Assembly: GCF_036321535.1 (NCBI RefSeq)
Contig: NC_087437.1
Coordinates: 33,730,001-33,794,000 of the forward strand
Source: Camelus dromedarius
Taxonomy: Eukaryota
Length of the DNA stretch: 64,000 nucleotides
Reading direction: 5' to 3'
Shown: positions 24,300 through 36,775 of the stretch, in pieces
Layout: each line of letters begins with the position of its first letter
How positions within the stretch are numbered: the first letter of the stretch is position 1
The notes under the pieces: model-generated
What the model was told of the DNA's origin: nothing
Seen by the model: only the letters and a program-made list of their open reading frames with translations
The model's database searches: none
Position numbers and translations under genes: made by a program

Positions 24300-24860
24300 T
24301 CTAGGGGAGAGCAATGTGGTGGCGTGTGTCAGCATTTTAACCGTATATGCTCTAGGACCAGCATCCATGCCTAGTAGGAATCTGTCCTACTGAAACGCTT
24401 GTGCATACATACAACAGCAAATGTTCAGTTCTGCAGTATGGCCTATGACAGCCAAAAATTAGGGGGTAAAGTCTAAATGTTTATTGTGAACCAAGTGATC
24501 AAAGAAACTACGAGATGGCCACACTTTAGATTGTTCTATACCCACTAAAACAGAGGATCAGTAGTACAGAGATAGTAGAAAGAGTCCGAGACACGTTGCT
24601 CAACATAGTAGAACAGTACATATGGTATAGTATGGTCTCTCTTATACGAAAAATCTATGTATTTGTATATATTTATGTATGTTTGTACTTTTGTAGAAAG
24701 GAAAATGGAAGGATGTACACTAGATTGTCAATTCTGGTTACTTCTGAGGAGCAGAGGGGTTGAATGAAGAGATCTTTAGCATTTTGCTGAGATACATTTT
24801 TGTAATTTGAATCTTTCCATGAAAATGCATTCATGTATTTGTTGGATAATTCTTTAATGT
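24300..24860 (+). mobile_element. Ancient L1 (L1ME-like) 3' region
   Basis: 'gaccagcatccatgcctagtaggaatctgtcctactgaaa...ggaaggatgtacac...tggttacttctgagga'. Confidence 0.6.
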
Positions 24861-25744
24861 CTTAAATCTAACCTTCTTCAGGTTCAAAATAAAACTGTAC
24901 ACAATTTTTACTTTCAGATAATAACCGACATCTGTAAGTACCATAGGTTGACATAAAAAAAATAAAGAAATATCAGGAATATAAAACAGAAGTAAGAGTA
25001 ATTAAATGAATCCTTGTAGATAGGTATGTTACCAAACAGCACGTGCACACACATGCACACACTTGATTCAACTTCATTCAATCACTTATCCAACTAATAT
25101 TTGTAATGTGCTTACAGCTTGTCAGTGCTAAGATAAATGTTCAAGTGCATACAAAAATTAAAACACTGGGGAAATAATGAACCTAAGATTAAACTGATGT
25201 TCTATTTACTTCTATCAAAGTTGTGGATATAGAAAGGAGCCCTCCTATATGAGGAGGAAATTAATTCTAAGAGTTACACTGAAGACCACGGGAGGCAGGC
25301 TTGGCTGTCATAGGCTGCAGTGAGATGAATTAATCTTAGATTCTCATCTGTAAGATAACTGGCAATATGACCAGTTATACAGAAAGATGCCAAGAAGGGA
25401 AGGAGAGTTGATTGAGTAAGTGGGTATGGTTCTACACCAAGACGTTTAGAATCTGACTTTTAAGATAATTCTCAGCTTTACCAGGTAAGATCCTAGCTTG
25501 AATTTCAATTTCAGGGGAATTATTCAATGATAAGACTCATTTGATTTATGAGTTTATAAACTTACTAAAATTAGTAGTAGTTTGAAGTAGACACTTCATA
25601 AGTTCTGGGCAGGCAGAAAGAGAGCAGTGTCAGGGCTGAGACCCAGGCGCTACACTTTTGAGAAAGACAGACATAAGGATGAGCCGGAGGGTAACTCCTT
25701 TCACATTTCAAATTTACACCACTCTTTATGTGGAGAAAGGGCTT

Positions 25745-26358
25745 TTTTTTTTTTTCCAATAGTATAGTTGATTTACAATGTTGTGTTAGATTCAGTTATA
25801 TGTATATATATTCTTTTTCATTATAAGTTACTGCGAGATATTGAATGTAGTTCCCTGTGCTATACAGTTGGAACTTGTTTGTCTATTTTATGTATAGTAG
25901 TTAGTATCTGCAATTCCCAAACTCCTTATTTATCCTTTAATTTAACCAAAGGATTTAACCAAAATTTAACCCTTTGGTAACCATAAATTTATTTTCTATG
26001 TCTGTGAGTCTCTCTATTTTGTAAATGTCTCTATCATTTTTTTAGATTACACATATATTAACGATATATGATATTTGTCTCCATCTTTCTGGTTTACTTC
26101 ATTTAGTATGATAATCTCTAGGTCCACCTATATTGCTGCAAATGGCGTTATTTCATTCTTTTATGGCTGAGTAGTATTCCATTGTGTGTATATACACACA
26201 CACACACATTCTCTATATTCATATATACACAGTTTATATACACACACACACACACACACATACACACATGTACACATCACATGTGATATATATAGCACAT
26301 CTTTATCCAGTCATCTGTCGATGTACATTTAGGTTGCTTCCATGTCTCGGCTATTGTA
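25745..26358 (-). mobile_element. 5'-truncated L1 3' end with TSD
   Basis: T-tract at 25743+, antisense 3'UTR 'gtatagttgatttacaatgttgtgtt...ttgctgcaaatggc...ggctattgta'; 12-bp TSD gagaaagggctt 25733-25744 / 26359-26370; internal (CA/TA)n. Confidence 0.92.
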
Positions 26359-26414
26359 GAGAAAGGGCTTCTATAAATGTTCTGTCACGTGCTTTGCACA
26401 GCCATATTATGAGA

Positions 26415-26640
26415 CAAGTTATCATATATTGAGGGTCTAATATGTGCCTGTCATAGCAGCTGCTTACATAGACTGTCTCACTTAATCTTTGCCATCACCC
26501 TGCCAGTACATATTGCTACCATGTTACAGTGGAGGAAACTGAGGCCCAGAGTGGTCAGGCAAATTGCCAGTGTCATCGCACAGCAGAGTTAAGATGCCAA
26601 TGTTTGTCTAATTCCAAAGCCAGTGTACTAGCTCCTAAAC
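26415..26640 (-). mobile_element. MIR SINE
   Basis: 'ttacagtggaggaaactgaggcccagagtggt'. Confidence 0.75.
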
Positions 26641-27788
26641 GAAGAGGATGAGGATGGAAGACCATGAAGATGAGAAGGAAGGAAGGAAGGAAACCCTATT
26701 ATCAATTTCATTGTTTTCCATGGTTGAAGTTGAGGACTGAGTTTGCTAAGGTCTCAGCTAGCAAGTGGCAAAACCCAGAACAAAGCTCACACCCTCGAAG
26801 TACTCTTCCCACTGTGCCTCTGCTGACTCTCCAATGTCAGGCAATAATGAAACCATGATAGATCTGGCAATTCATTATGTCTCATTTTACATCTGTATAT
26901 TTTCTCTAAACCGATACTGGAAGGGTAAAAAACAGCTTCAGAATATTTTTTTTTATTTCTCCCTGACAGAAATAGTTTTTCTCAATCAAGCTATAATGCA
27001 GAAGTGAACAAACTATATATTATACATTCAAATTACACAGAGCAATAAATAATTCTCAGAGGAAATAAGCAATGATTTCCAAAAATTCAATTGACATCCC
27101 AAATTAGATCTACATAAGAAGATCAGCCAATTAACTCTGCCAACCGCTCTTTCTATTTTGCTATTCTCACTTGCATTCTAAAATTTTGTTTATATAATTA
27201 CTGCAGAACCATAGGGGAAGTAAACTCATTTCTATCTTTTAGGGGAATAATTGTCTTATTCAAAGGGCAGCAGTTCTATCCATGTATGAAAACATGCAAA
27301 AGAAGAATAACCAATAATTCCTTATATTATGAGACAAAATTGCCTCTGGTTGCAAAAGAAAGAAAAGGTTAGGAAGAGTAACTAAAATAATATCATCATT
27401 TACTTAGATAAATGTCAGAGGAAAAGGGAACAGAGTTGGTCTCTGGTTTCTTCTCCCTAAAGCAAAAATTCACAGAGCTGAGTGGAGGAAGAGTCAGCCA
27501 TTTGATGGATTCTTTACATGGAAATTCAGGAATGTCCATCCTCCAATGCTGGGGAAAAGGAAGAATATTGTTTTCCTACCTACACATCTTCAAAAATCCC
27601 CTTTTTTCAAGACTAAGTCACACTTACTTGAAAGAAATCAGTTACAAAAAACTGTTTCAGTACCAATATGCTCATAGTAGTCCTGTTTGTAATAGAACAA
27701 ATGGAAATTACTAAGCACACAAGAGAATGACTAAAGAAAGGATGCAAATATATATCATATTTCTTGATCCTTAGATGCTATCTATTGT

Positions 27789-27849
27789 AGGCTTCTTTGG
27801 GGGAAAAGACACAGTATTTCACAGGCTTCTTTGGGGGAAAAGACACAGT
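27789..27849. repeat. Perfect 27-bp direct repeat with 7-bp spacer
   Basis: aggcttctttgggggaaaagacacagt at 27789-27815 and 27823-27849. Confidence 0.95.
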
Positions 27850-28712
27850 TTATGTTACATATTCATCAAATATTTTTATTAACCAATATTGCAATTTACC
27901 TGTACGATTACACACTCTTAGAATTGAGGTTGGAGCCTTCTTTATCTGCTCTTCTAGGATAAAATTACATCTGGGTCTTGTGGCCCCGAGGCAACTTGTA
28001 TGGCTCAGCAAGGACAATGGCTTATCTAACCCAGGCCCATTCAGTTTCTAGGTACCTGAAAAAGTATCCTAGTTCTGTCTGCATTTTCTCTTTGGTTAAA
28101 CTCATAGTTCTTCTTTCGTCTCCTGAATTACTCACACCATATATTAAATAGCTTCTCTTCAGAGCAATTTGGAAGTTTTTGACAGAGATGTTCAATGCCT
28201 GAGTGATAGACCATCACAATGCATAAATCAGGCACAGCTATTCTCCCAGCTTTGAAAATGCTATGATCTACTCTAAAGAATTCGACAATTTCTACTGCCT
28301 TTAATTCCATCACATAGGATATGGCAGGCTTTCTTCTGCATACACAATAACTTTTCTTTTCAAAGCCCTGTCATATTGTGATATTTTTGAAGTCATTAGG
28401 AAATCATTAGGAATCCATATTTAAGTTAAAATTCAAATGTATTTGGTGTTGTTAAATTGACTGAGATGATACTCAGATGGACAGATGACTCCTACTCTTA
28501 GGTAGGATCACATAGTGTCAGGTAATGACAACTACTGTACAGTGTACTCCTCTTCCTGGTCACCTGCGTATTCCCTTGACACCGATCGTTTTGCATATAC
28601 TAATTTCAGAAGCATTAGAATGTTTTTTAAAAATTATTAGAAAATAAAAAACATCAGTAATAGAGTCTCATTCAACCATTTAAAAAAGTTGTATTTAAAG
28701 GATATTCAAGGT

Positions 28713-28862
28713 GGGGAGGGTACAGCTCAAGTGGTAGAGCGCATGCTTAGCATACACAAGGTCCTAGGTTCAATCCCCAGTACCTCCTGCAAAAATAAAT
28801 AAGTAAACCTAATTAACTCCCCCCAAAAAAATTATTAAAATCTTACAAAATTAAAAAAAAAA
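28713..28862 (+). mobile_element. Camelid tRNA-Ala-derived SINE (vic-1 type)
   Basis: ggggagggtacagctcaagtggtagagcgcatgcttagcat...ggttcaatccccagtacctcc (A box, TTAGCAT anticodon-loop relic, B box), A-rich tail, TSD-like aaa(g/t)gatattca on both sides. Confidence 0.9.
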
Positions 28863-28989
28863 TGATATTCAGTCACAAGGGAAAGTACTCACTTAACCAG
28901 CTGTTGGACCTGGGATGAGTTACCAGCCTCTCAGTTGAAATAATATTACCTCTAACAGACGGCTTTCATGGAAATTAAAGGAAATAAAG

Positions 28990-29113
28990 CCAAGATTCTC
29001 AAAGTGGGGTTCCTGGATCAGCAGCCTCTGCATCACATGGGACTTTGCTAGGAATGCAAATTCTCTAGCATCACCTTCAAGTGACTTTGATGCTAAAGTT
29101 TGTGAACCACTGG
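28990..29113. mobile_element. Internally deleted MER5A nested in a MIR
   Basis: 'ttctcaaagtggggttcctggatcagcagc..catcacatggga..aatgcaaattct...aaagtttgtgaaccactg'; MIR-like sequence on both flanks. Confidence 0.75.
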
Positions 29114-29149
29114 GATAAAGTATTCAGAACATCTGGCACATCCTAATAG

Positions 29150-29540
29150 TCATAGCTTCCAATTTCTAAATATGTAGCTTGTGAAAGGCATTGTGCTAGG
29201 TGTTTTCTGTGCCTCATGTCACTTAATAATCAATAATCCAGCGATACAGCACTGCACTCATTTTGTAAATGAGAAAACTGAGGCCCAGGGAAGCTGAGGA
29301 GCTTAGGTTTGTTCTGTACCCAGGTTTCTCATTTTGACACATCAATGTAGTAAGCCACAGATTCAGTCACTTGGTCAACCACATGCTTATCAGTCATGTT
29401 TAGTTTATTGCCTCACTTTCTAGATTTAAAAAAGTGACTCCCAGAGAAGGAAAGTGACTTGTCAAGAGTCAAACAGTTGATGGAAGAGCCTGAAGTAGGA
29501 ATGAAATCTTTGCCGCTTCTAGTCCAGGGCTATTTCCGTA
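29150..29540 (-). mobile_element. MIR fragments
   Basis: 'aggcattgtgctagg...aatgagaaaactgaggcccag' and 'aagtgacttgtcaagagtcaaacag'. Confidence 0.65.
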
Positions 29541-30844
29541 TTACTGCCCTAAATTCGGTTTAGACACTCTGATTTCAAAGTAACAAATGGATGCACGTGA
29601 AACGCCACTCAGAATATGTGTTCTGTTCCAGGGGAAAACACTTTTTCCCCCCAGAATACTGAAGGACCCCAGATATGTCCCGGGCATTTCGAACTGTCCT
29701 CTCCAGCACTCACTTGTATTAAGATTTATATTGTTGACATTCCTTAAGTATTTAGCTCACTGACTGTATCAGAACATTATGGTTTCCTTGAAAACAAGTA
29801 TTATTTCATGTCCGAAAGGAAAAAAAAGACCAAAAATGTTACTGACCCCAGTATCTGCTAATAAGTTGCAAATTGTTGGCCCTTTTAGTGGTAGAATATT
29901 TGCCTAAAAAGTAAAATGTTATTTGGGGGTCCCCCAACCCCGTTTTTGATAATTTCATCATATACTCACAGGTTGAATTGTTTACAGATGAAAGCTGGGC
30001 TACTTGTTTGGGCCATTCCAGGTCCCAATCACAAATTAGGTCTTTAAGTCTTCTCTTTGTTTGAATCAGTTAATTATTAGCAATGCTCTTGATAGGAATA
30101 CACACAAGCCATTATTGAAGTGTGGGATTTTTCGGAAAAACAAAGTTTATAAATTCAGTATTTTTCTGGAAAATCTCAGCTATCTGGGACCAAGACAAAG
30201 TGGTATTTTGTTCTTTGGGGAAGAAGCTGTATTGTTTATTCAGTGTTCGACCAGAAACTCATGGACTGTGACATTTAATTCTCCTGTGTTCTCCCCTGTT
30301 GCCGTGGCTGTTCAAGCTTACTGCCCCCAACTGGGGACATCTATTTCATTGTCTGTTACAACAGGATGGTAAACAGGTGACTGATTTTAAAGTTTAGAGA
30401 CTAAAAAAGTTCTGTAGCTTCACTAATTTAGGACAGACTCCCTTGCTTTATAAACCCCTATCATCACCATTTTCCTGAAAAGCATATTCACATTTTGTTG
30501 CTGATAAAGAAGACAGTGGACACTTAGATTATCTAATTACCACTTAACCAGGGTAACCAGAAAAACAGTGTCAGCATTTGAAATATGGTGCAAGACTGTG
30601 GACTTCTATTTCTGTATTAATTACTTAGGTGTTGTTCTCAATGTATGCAAATATCATATACTTGTGAATTCTCTACTAGTAAACCATGTGGTATAACGAA
30701 ATAATACCTTCCTTTTTTTCGTTAAAGTGATGCTCCTTACTCAATTTCACATACAATTCTAAAATTTAATGACCACATATAACAAGATTAGTATACTGTC
30801 TGCTTTTTGTTCTTCCTAGTTGATATATTAATTCATTTGAAAAA

Positions 30845-31040
30845 CTAGGCATATCACTGCAGCACTTGGTTTTTTTTTCCAAAGCATTTCATATACATGA
30901 TTGTTCAGTTCTCACATGAACCCTATAAGCTAATGTGATGTATGCGGGGTTTCCCATTTTACAGATAAGGAAATTGAATAAGAGTCTGACCTATTCATAG
31001 TCACACAGCAAGTTTGACTCAAGTCTCCTGACAGTTAATC
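30845..31040 (-). mobile_element. MIR fragment
   Basis: 'cccattttacagataaggaaattga...gtcacacagcaag'. Confidence 0.7.
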
Positions 31041-32559
31041 CATTTCAAACTTCAGCAGTCCATCATTAACCATAAATCAGGTCACTGCCCTTCCACTAAT
31101 TATTTCCACTAACAAACTTCATACAGAAAATTTTCAGTTTGTAGAAATCCAGTGAATGTGAATTTGAGGAAACAAATTTTAATAATGGAATTAACATGTA
31201 AGTACAAAAGGAAAAAAGAAGTCTCCTAGCCAACTACTACTAACCCAGTTTCAGTTTTGCTTGGGATGGAGACACACCAACCTAGTGATACTGCTTACTT
31301 CTGGGGAGAGGGAAGACAGATGAGATGCAGGCTCATTTCATCTGTATTGTATTGTATTGTATTTGTGTGTGTGTGTGCGCGCGAAGGGTGAAGAATGGGT
31401 ATCTGTTGTGTTGTTTACATTTGGGTGGGCCTAATGGGTGACTGTAGTGTTGGGAATGGAGAACAGTGAAGGACCATAAATGGCATTTTATTCTCCTCCC
31501 AAATCTCTAATCAAGTGAGTTATGGCGGGCAGACATATGGTGATCAGAGCTTTATTACAAGGCCTAGGTAGGTGCACAGACCTTAAATGGATGGCTACAG
31601 TGGCCTTTCTAAAATTCACCTCTTAATTACACATACTGAGTTTCCCAGGTGCAGGCTCCCGCAGGGCAGAGCACTCGTGGAGGGGGGACAGAAAACACAA
31701 GCAGATAGACAGGCTCTAAGAAAAGACACTGTACAAGGAGGTAGGTGGAGTGTGGTCAGTTCCTTCTCTAAACTCACCTATCAGACTGATTATACTTTCT
31801 CCACTAGGGAGACACTAGAAGTGTCCCCCATCCTTTGCCTCCCTCAGGAGCGCACTATTCCATCACTCCATGGAAACAAGGGAGAGTGCTGGAGGTGAAG
31901 TGTTTCTCCCTGGCATGAATCAAGATTAGGGGACAGATGAGTAATATCCCTTATGGACAGGTCACTCCCGAAGGCTTAGTGCTGTTTGGAGGTGCTTCTC
32001 TTCATTTGGGAGACACATCTTTTTTTTAACAGCTCATAAACTTTGTATTTGCTTGTTCCCTTCTCTTTGGGCAAGTCTGATAGATGAGACCACATGAAGC
32101 TGCGGCCTCTCCCAGCTTGAATCCATGGACTAGATTTTGTCTTCCTTTCATCAACCTTACTCTACACGGTGAATAACAGTAAAGACTTGGTGACAAAGCC
32201 ATATAGATTTCAAATCCTGACATTTATAGATGCTGTTTTCTCAAAGATGTACATATTCCTCTGGCAATATCATGTAATTTCAGGCATGGCTGTTGTCACA
32301 TCAGGAATCAGATGGTGGAGGCCACGAGGGGATCTTCCTGGCCCCCTGGACACAGTCCTACTGGCTCAGCCTCACCCCAGCTCTTTCATAAGGTATCCAG
32401 AGCATTAGCCACAAGAATGGCTGTTAATGGCATGACTCTCAAGAAAAAAAAATGATTGAACATTTTACTAAGTGAACTCTCTTTTGACCAAATAGCAGCA
32501 ATTATACCTTTTCAGCATTTGATTAATATGACACGCTCACCAGAAATCATTCAGAATTT

Positions 32560-32960
32560 AGTTGTCTAAAAGTAATTCACCAAATATTTCCTGAATAACC
32601 AGTGGTGCCAGGCACCACAGATAAAAGAGGAATAACACAGGGTTATTCTGTGGTACAGAAACTCGCCGTCTTGCTAGGGAGAGAATTAGAAAAGTGAGTA
32701 ATTAGGATACAAAGTGGGAGATGGGGAAGGAAAGATAAGTTGATACAAGAAGTGCAGGGCCTTTTATGTAGAACTAGAAGTTTGAACTTGACCTTTAGCC
32801 ACTAGCCATTCATCAGCGGCTGCTCAGGAACGGAGAGACTGTTCAGATTTGTGTTTGGGGACTCTTAAGTTTAGGGTCATGGAGGACAATGGACAGGGGA
32901 GAGAGAGAGGAGCAGCGTACCAATCATCTGGGAGAAAATGGTGCGGCTCGACTTCAGGCA
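32560..32960 (-). mobile_element. L2 3' region
   Basis: 'ttcaccaaatatttcctgaa...gtgccaggcac...tcagatttgtgttt' antisense L2 pattern. Confidence 0.55.
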
Positions 32961-33355
32961 ATAAAAGATGAAATTGCCACTTTCATTGTTTTTAAATCAC
33001 ATTTAGAAAATACAAAGTTCTGTACTAAAGATTGTGAGTGTCATGAAGAAATAACATAAAGAGCCTTTAACTGGGGAGCTAACCAGAAATTGTTTTGCCG
33101 AAATTCTTCTCCCGTATCATATCTCACATCTAAAACCAGAACCAACTCCTTCCTGCCGTGGAAAGAAAGGTTTCCGTAATGTTTACACAGGTCATGGTGG
33201 GTTGCTGAAAGTATCAATAGAGTTCTAAAGTGTATTTACATGTAAAAGAATTTAAATCCCAAGAAATTATAATAAAACTACATACATTCAATAGAAAACT
33301 GATTCTAATAAATTTGGGGGGCCAGCTTACCCCTCTAGCATTTTATACGCTTATC

Positions 33356-33835
33356 TTTTTTTATTGAAGTATAATGACACACAATATTATATTTGTTTCC
33401 TGTGTACAACATAGTGATTGGACATTTGTATATATTGTAAAATGATCACCACAATAAGTCCAGTTACCATCTGTCACTATACAAAGTTAATACAAATTAT
33501 TGGCTGTACTCCTCATGCTGTACATTACATCCCCATGACTTATTTATTTTATGATTGGAAGCTGGTACCTCTAGATCCTCTTCACCCTTTTTGCCCCTTA
33601 ACTCACTGTCCCCTCTGGCAGTCACCAGTCTGTTCTCTGTATCTGTGAGTCTGAGTTTTGTTTGCTTTATTTTGTTTGTTTTTTTAGATTCCACATATAA
33701 ATGAAATCATATGGTATTTGTCTTTGTCTGATTTATTTCACTTAGCATAATACCTTCAAGGTCTGTCCATGTTGTTGCAAATGGCAAGATTTCATTCTCT
33801 TTTAAGGCTAACTAGTATTCCAGTGTATGTGTGTG
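33356..33835 (-). mobile_element. L1MA9-like 3'UTR
   Basis: 'ttttttattgaagtataatgac...aaatgatcaccacaataagtccagttaccatctgtcac...tagattccacatataaatga'. Confidence 0.88.
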
Positions 33836-33842
33836 TGCGCAC

Positions 33843-34480
33843 TAAGGAAGTTTTCAGCCATTGTTTCTTCAAATAAGTTTTCTGTCCCTTTCTCTTTCTC
33901 TTCTTCTGAGACTGCTATAATGCAAGTATTATTCTACTGATGCATCCCCATAGGTTCCTTAAGGAATCTTGGTTTTTGAAAATTCTTTTTTGTTTTGCTG
34001 CTCTGAGTGAGTGGCGTTGCTTTGTCTTCCAGCTCATTGATCCATTCTTCTGCTTCATGCAGCCTGCTGCTGAAGCCTTCTAGTGTATTTTTCAGTTCAG
34101 TTATTGTATTCTTCAGCTTTGTGACTTCTGTTTGGTCCTTTCTTACATTTCCTCTTTATTAAAGTTATCACTGTGTTCATGCATTCTTCTCCCAAGCTCG
34201 GTGAGCATTTTTATGACCATGACTTTGAACTCTTTATCAGGAAGATTATTTATCTCCATTTCCTTAAGGCCTTCCTCTGAGATTTTGGCTCATTCTTTCA
34301 TTTGGAACATATTCCTCAGTGTCCTCATTTTGCCTGACTCTGTGTTTTTCTCTATGTGTTGGGGAAACAGTTACCTCTCCCAGTCTTGAAGGAGTGGCCT
34401 CATGTCGGAGACGACCCCTGGCCATCAAGGGGCATCCCAGGAGTGGGCTGCACCTCCCTGCCGGTTGTGGCAGGACCACG
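33843..34480 (-). mobile_element. L1 5' portion: end of 5'UTR plus N-terminal half of ORF1
   Basis: Minus translation near 33850-33925 gives IIAVSEEEKEKGTENLFEETMAENF, matching the L1 ORF1p RRM motif I(I)GVPEGEE..G.ENLFEEI..ENFP. Confidence 0.8.
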
Positions 34481-34544
34481 GCAGCTGTTTACCTTTCTGT
34501 ATCCCCTTCCCACTGCCTGCCACGGGGACTTGCTTCTAGTAGAG

Positions 34545-35010
34545 ATTCAATATTGATACACTCAGCAATATTTTTTATCGAGTACCAGCCAGGTGCACGA
34601 TAATGGGAATCAGTGTTGAAGTGTTGAAGAGGCTTCCATGAACAACATATAGTCATCCCTGCCCTCCCTGTATTGGCAGTCTATTAGGGACAGGAAATTT
34701 CCGTGCCATGTGAGGAAGCTTATGACAGGGGACGTGTAGGGGATGGTAAGGATGTCCAGAGCACAGCATCTCACCCACACACAGAGGCCAGGAAGCCTTC
34801 TGAAGAAAGTAAGACAAGAAGCAAGTAGAAGGTAGGGAAATGAAGAGGGAGCAAAGAGTGTGTCACACTGAGGAAAGCGCATCTGCAAAGACCAGGAGGA
34901 CAGAGGACAGCACAGTGCATTTGCTCGCAGGAAAGACACTCCTGACGGCTGGGGTGCAGAGAGCCAGTGGGAATGTGACGGGGTCAGGATGGCCAGATAA
35001 GCCAGACCCA
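34545..35010 (-). mobile_element. L2 3' region
   Basis: 'tttatcgagtaccagccagg...tccctgccctc...aggaagccttctgaagaaagta...atctgcaaagacc'. Confidence 0.6.
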
Positions 35011-35184
35011 GATCATGAAGTTCCGTAAATAACATTAGCACCAGGGCTGGCACAAAAAGTAAGCACTGAAAAATGACTGAATAAGTGAACCACTGTATAA
35101 TTGCCAAAAGCTGTAAATAGCCCGATGTCTGTCAGCTGGTGAATGGATAAACAAATTGTGGTACATCCACGCTTTACAGCATCC

Positions 35185-36775
35185 TGTCTATCTACCCAAA
35201 TCAATTTATGCATTCAGTGTAATCCAATGGAAATCTCAACATGATTTTCTAAATAATTTGGCAAGATGGTTTGAAAATGTACAAAGAAAAGAAAAGGAAA
35301 CACACTAGCCAAGACCATTATGATGAAGAACAAGATTGAGGAACTTGCAAATCTGAAATCAAAACTTATTATTAAGCCTTAGTAATTTTAGCAGTGTGGT
35401 TTTGTTACAAGGATTGATAAACAGATCAACCAAACAAAATAGAGAGTCCCAGAGGAGACTTCTGTGAATATGTGGACTTGGCCTTTGACAAACCCAGCAT
35501 TGCAGATCAGGAGAGAGACTCTTAATGAACGGTGCAGGGACTACTGGTTTTCTATAAAGAAAAGAAAAAGGATCCTTACCTCTTAGTAGACACACAAAAT
35601 CAATTATAGAAAGATTCAAAACCAAAGCATGAAAAGCAAAAGCTAAATCTTTTATCAAGAAAATGTGGTTGCATGTATTTATGAACTAGCACTAGAGAAA
35701 AAATTCTTAAACATAACACACAAAAAGTTCAAACTCCAGAGGGAAAAAAAATGATACATTAGACTATGTTCAATTTTTTGATTCTCTGCATCAAAAGGCA
35801 TCCTTTTAAAAAGTAAAAACAGAAGCAACAGATATAACTAACAAAGTATTAGTGCCCAGAATATAGAAAGAATTCCTACAAGTCAACATCAACAACAAAA
35901 TATATAGAAAAAATGATGAGAGACAGAGAAAGGGCAGGCAGGAAGGAAGCAAACAGGGAAGGAGAGAGAGGGTGGAAAATATCAGAGATGACCAGAAGAG
36001 AAAGTCTGAATGGCCACCAAACACAAGATGTTAACCTCAATAATTAGGGAAATTCAAATTAAAACCACAATGAGATAACATTTCATACACATTAGACTGA
36101 CAACAGTTTTAAATCCTGAGAATATCAAGTGTTGATGTAACTGTGGGGCATCTAAAAGGGTGGTGTAAATTGTTAGAACCACTTTGGAGAACCATTTGGT
36201 AATAAAAAGCAAACTTTCAAATGTGCATTTCCGCAGTCCAGCCCAGGGCAATTCAGGACCTCCTAAATGCCCTAGAGGATCTTTCACACTTGTCCACAGA
36301 GAGGCGTGTACAAGATGGTCGTGAAGTATTTTTTGTGTTGGAAAAAAATAGATATATAAATTATCGTTTAGTCATACAGTGGAATAAAGCAGTTAAATGG
36401 ATGAAATGCTTGCATGTATCAAATTTGAAAACTCTCAAAAATACATTTTTGCATGGAAAATAAGTTGTAGATCACACAGTAAGATATGATTTACTTAAAT
36501 TTAAAATGCACAAAAATACTACATATTATTTAGAGATACTTATATATGTAATTACATTTTTTAAAATATGCAGTGACTGGATAAACTAAGTTCACAGTTA
36601 CAGTAACTCTTATGCAAAGAGGAAAAGGGGAATTTGATCTGGGGGGAGTGCACAGAAAGCTGCTTCTGTCCGTTTCTTGTTTTATTTTCCAGCTGGGTGT
36701 TGTGTGGTACACGGATGCTTTCTGTATCATTCGTAATATCTTCTTGTGTGCCTGCAATATTTCATTACTTTTTTA
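35185..36775 (+). mobile_element. Old L1 (L1MD/ME-like), ORF2 3' half to 3' end
   Basis: 'tctacccaaatcaatttatgcattcagtgtaatccaat...aaattaaaaccacaatgagataacatttcatac...aatatttcatta'. Confidence 0.85.

Noticed and set aside
27789..27849. CRISPR-like repeat-spacer-repeat
   Set aside because: Only two repeats, a 7-bp spacer, mammalian context and no cas genes.
28713..28787. tRNA-Ala(AGC) gene
   Set aside because: The acceptor stem is disrupted, and it is followed by a SINE body, A-tail and TSD-like flanks. It is a SINE head.
34610..35107. 165-aa hydrophobic minus-strand ORF
   Set aside because: Made of L2 3' sequence; the hydrophobicity reflects pyrimidine-rich repeat DNA.
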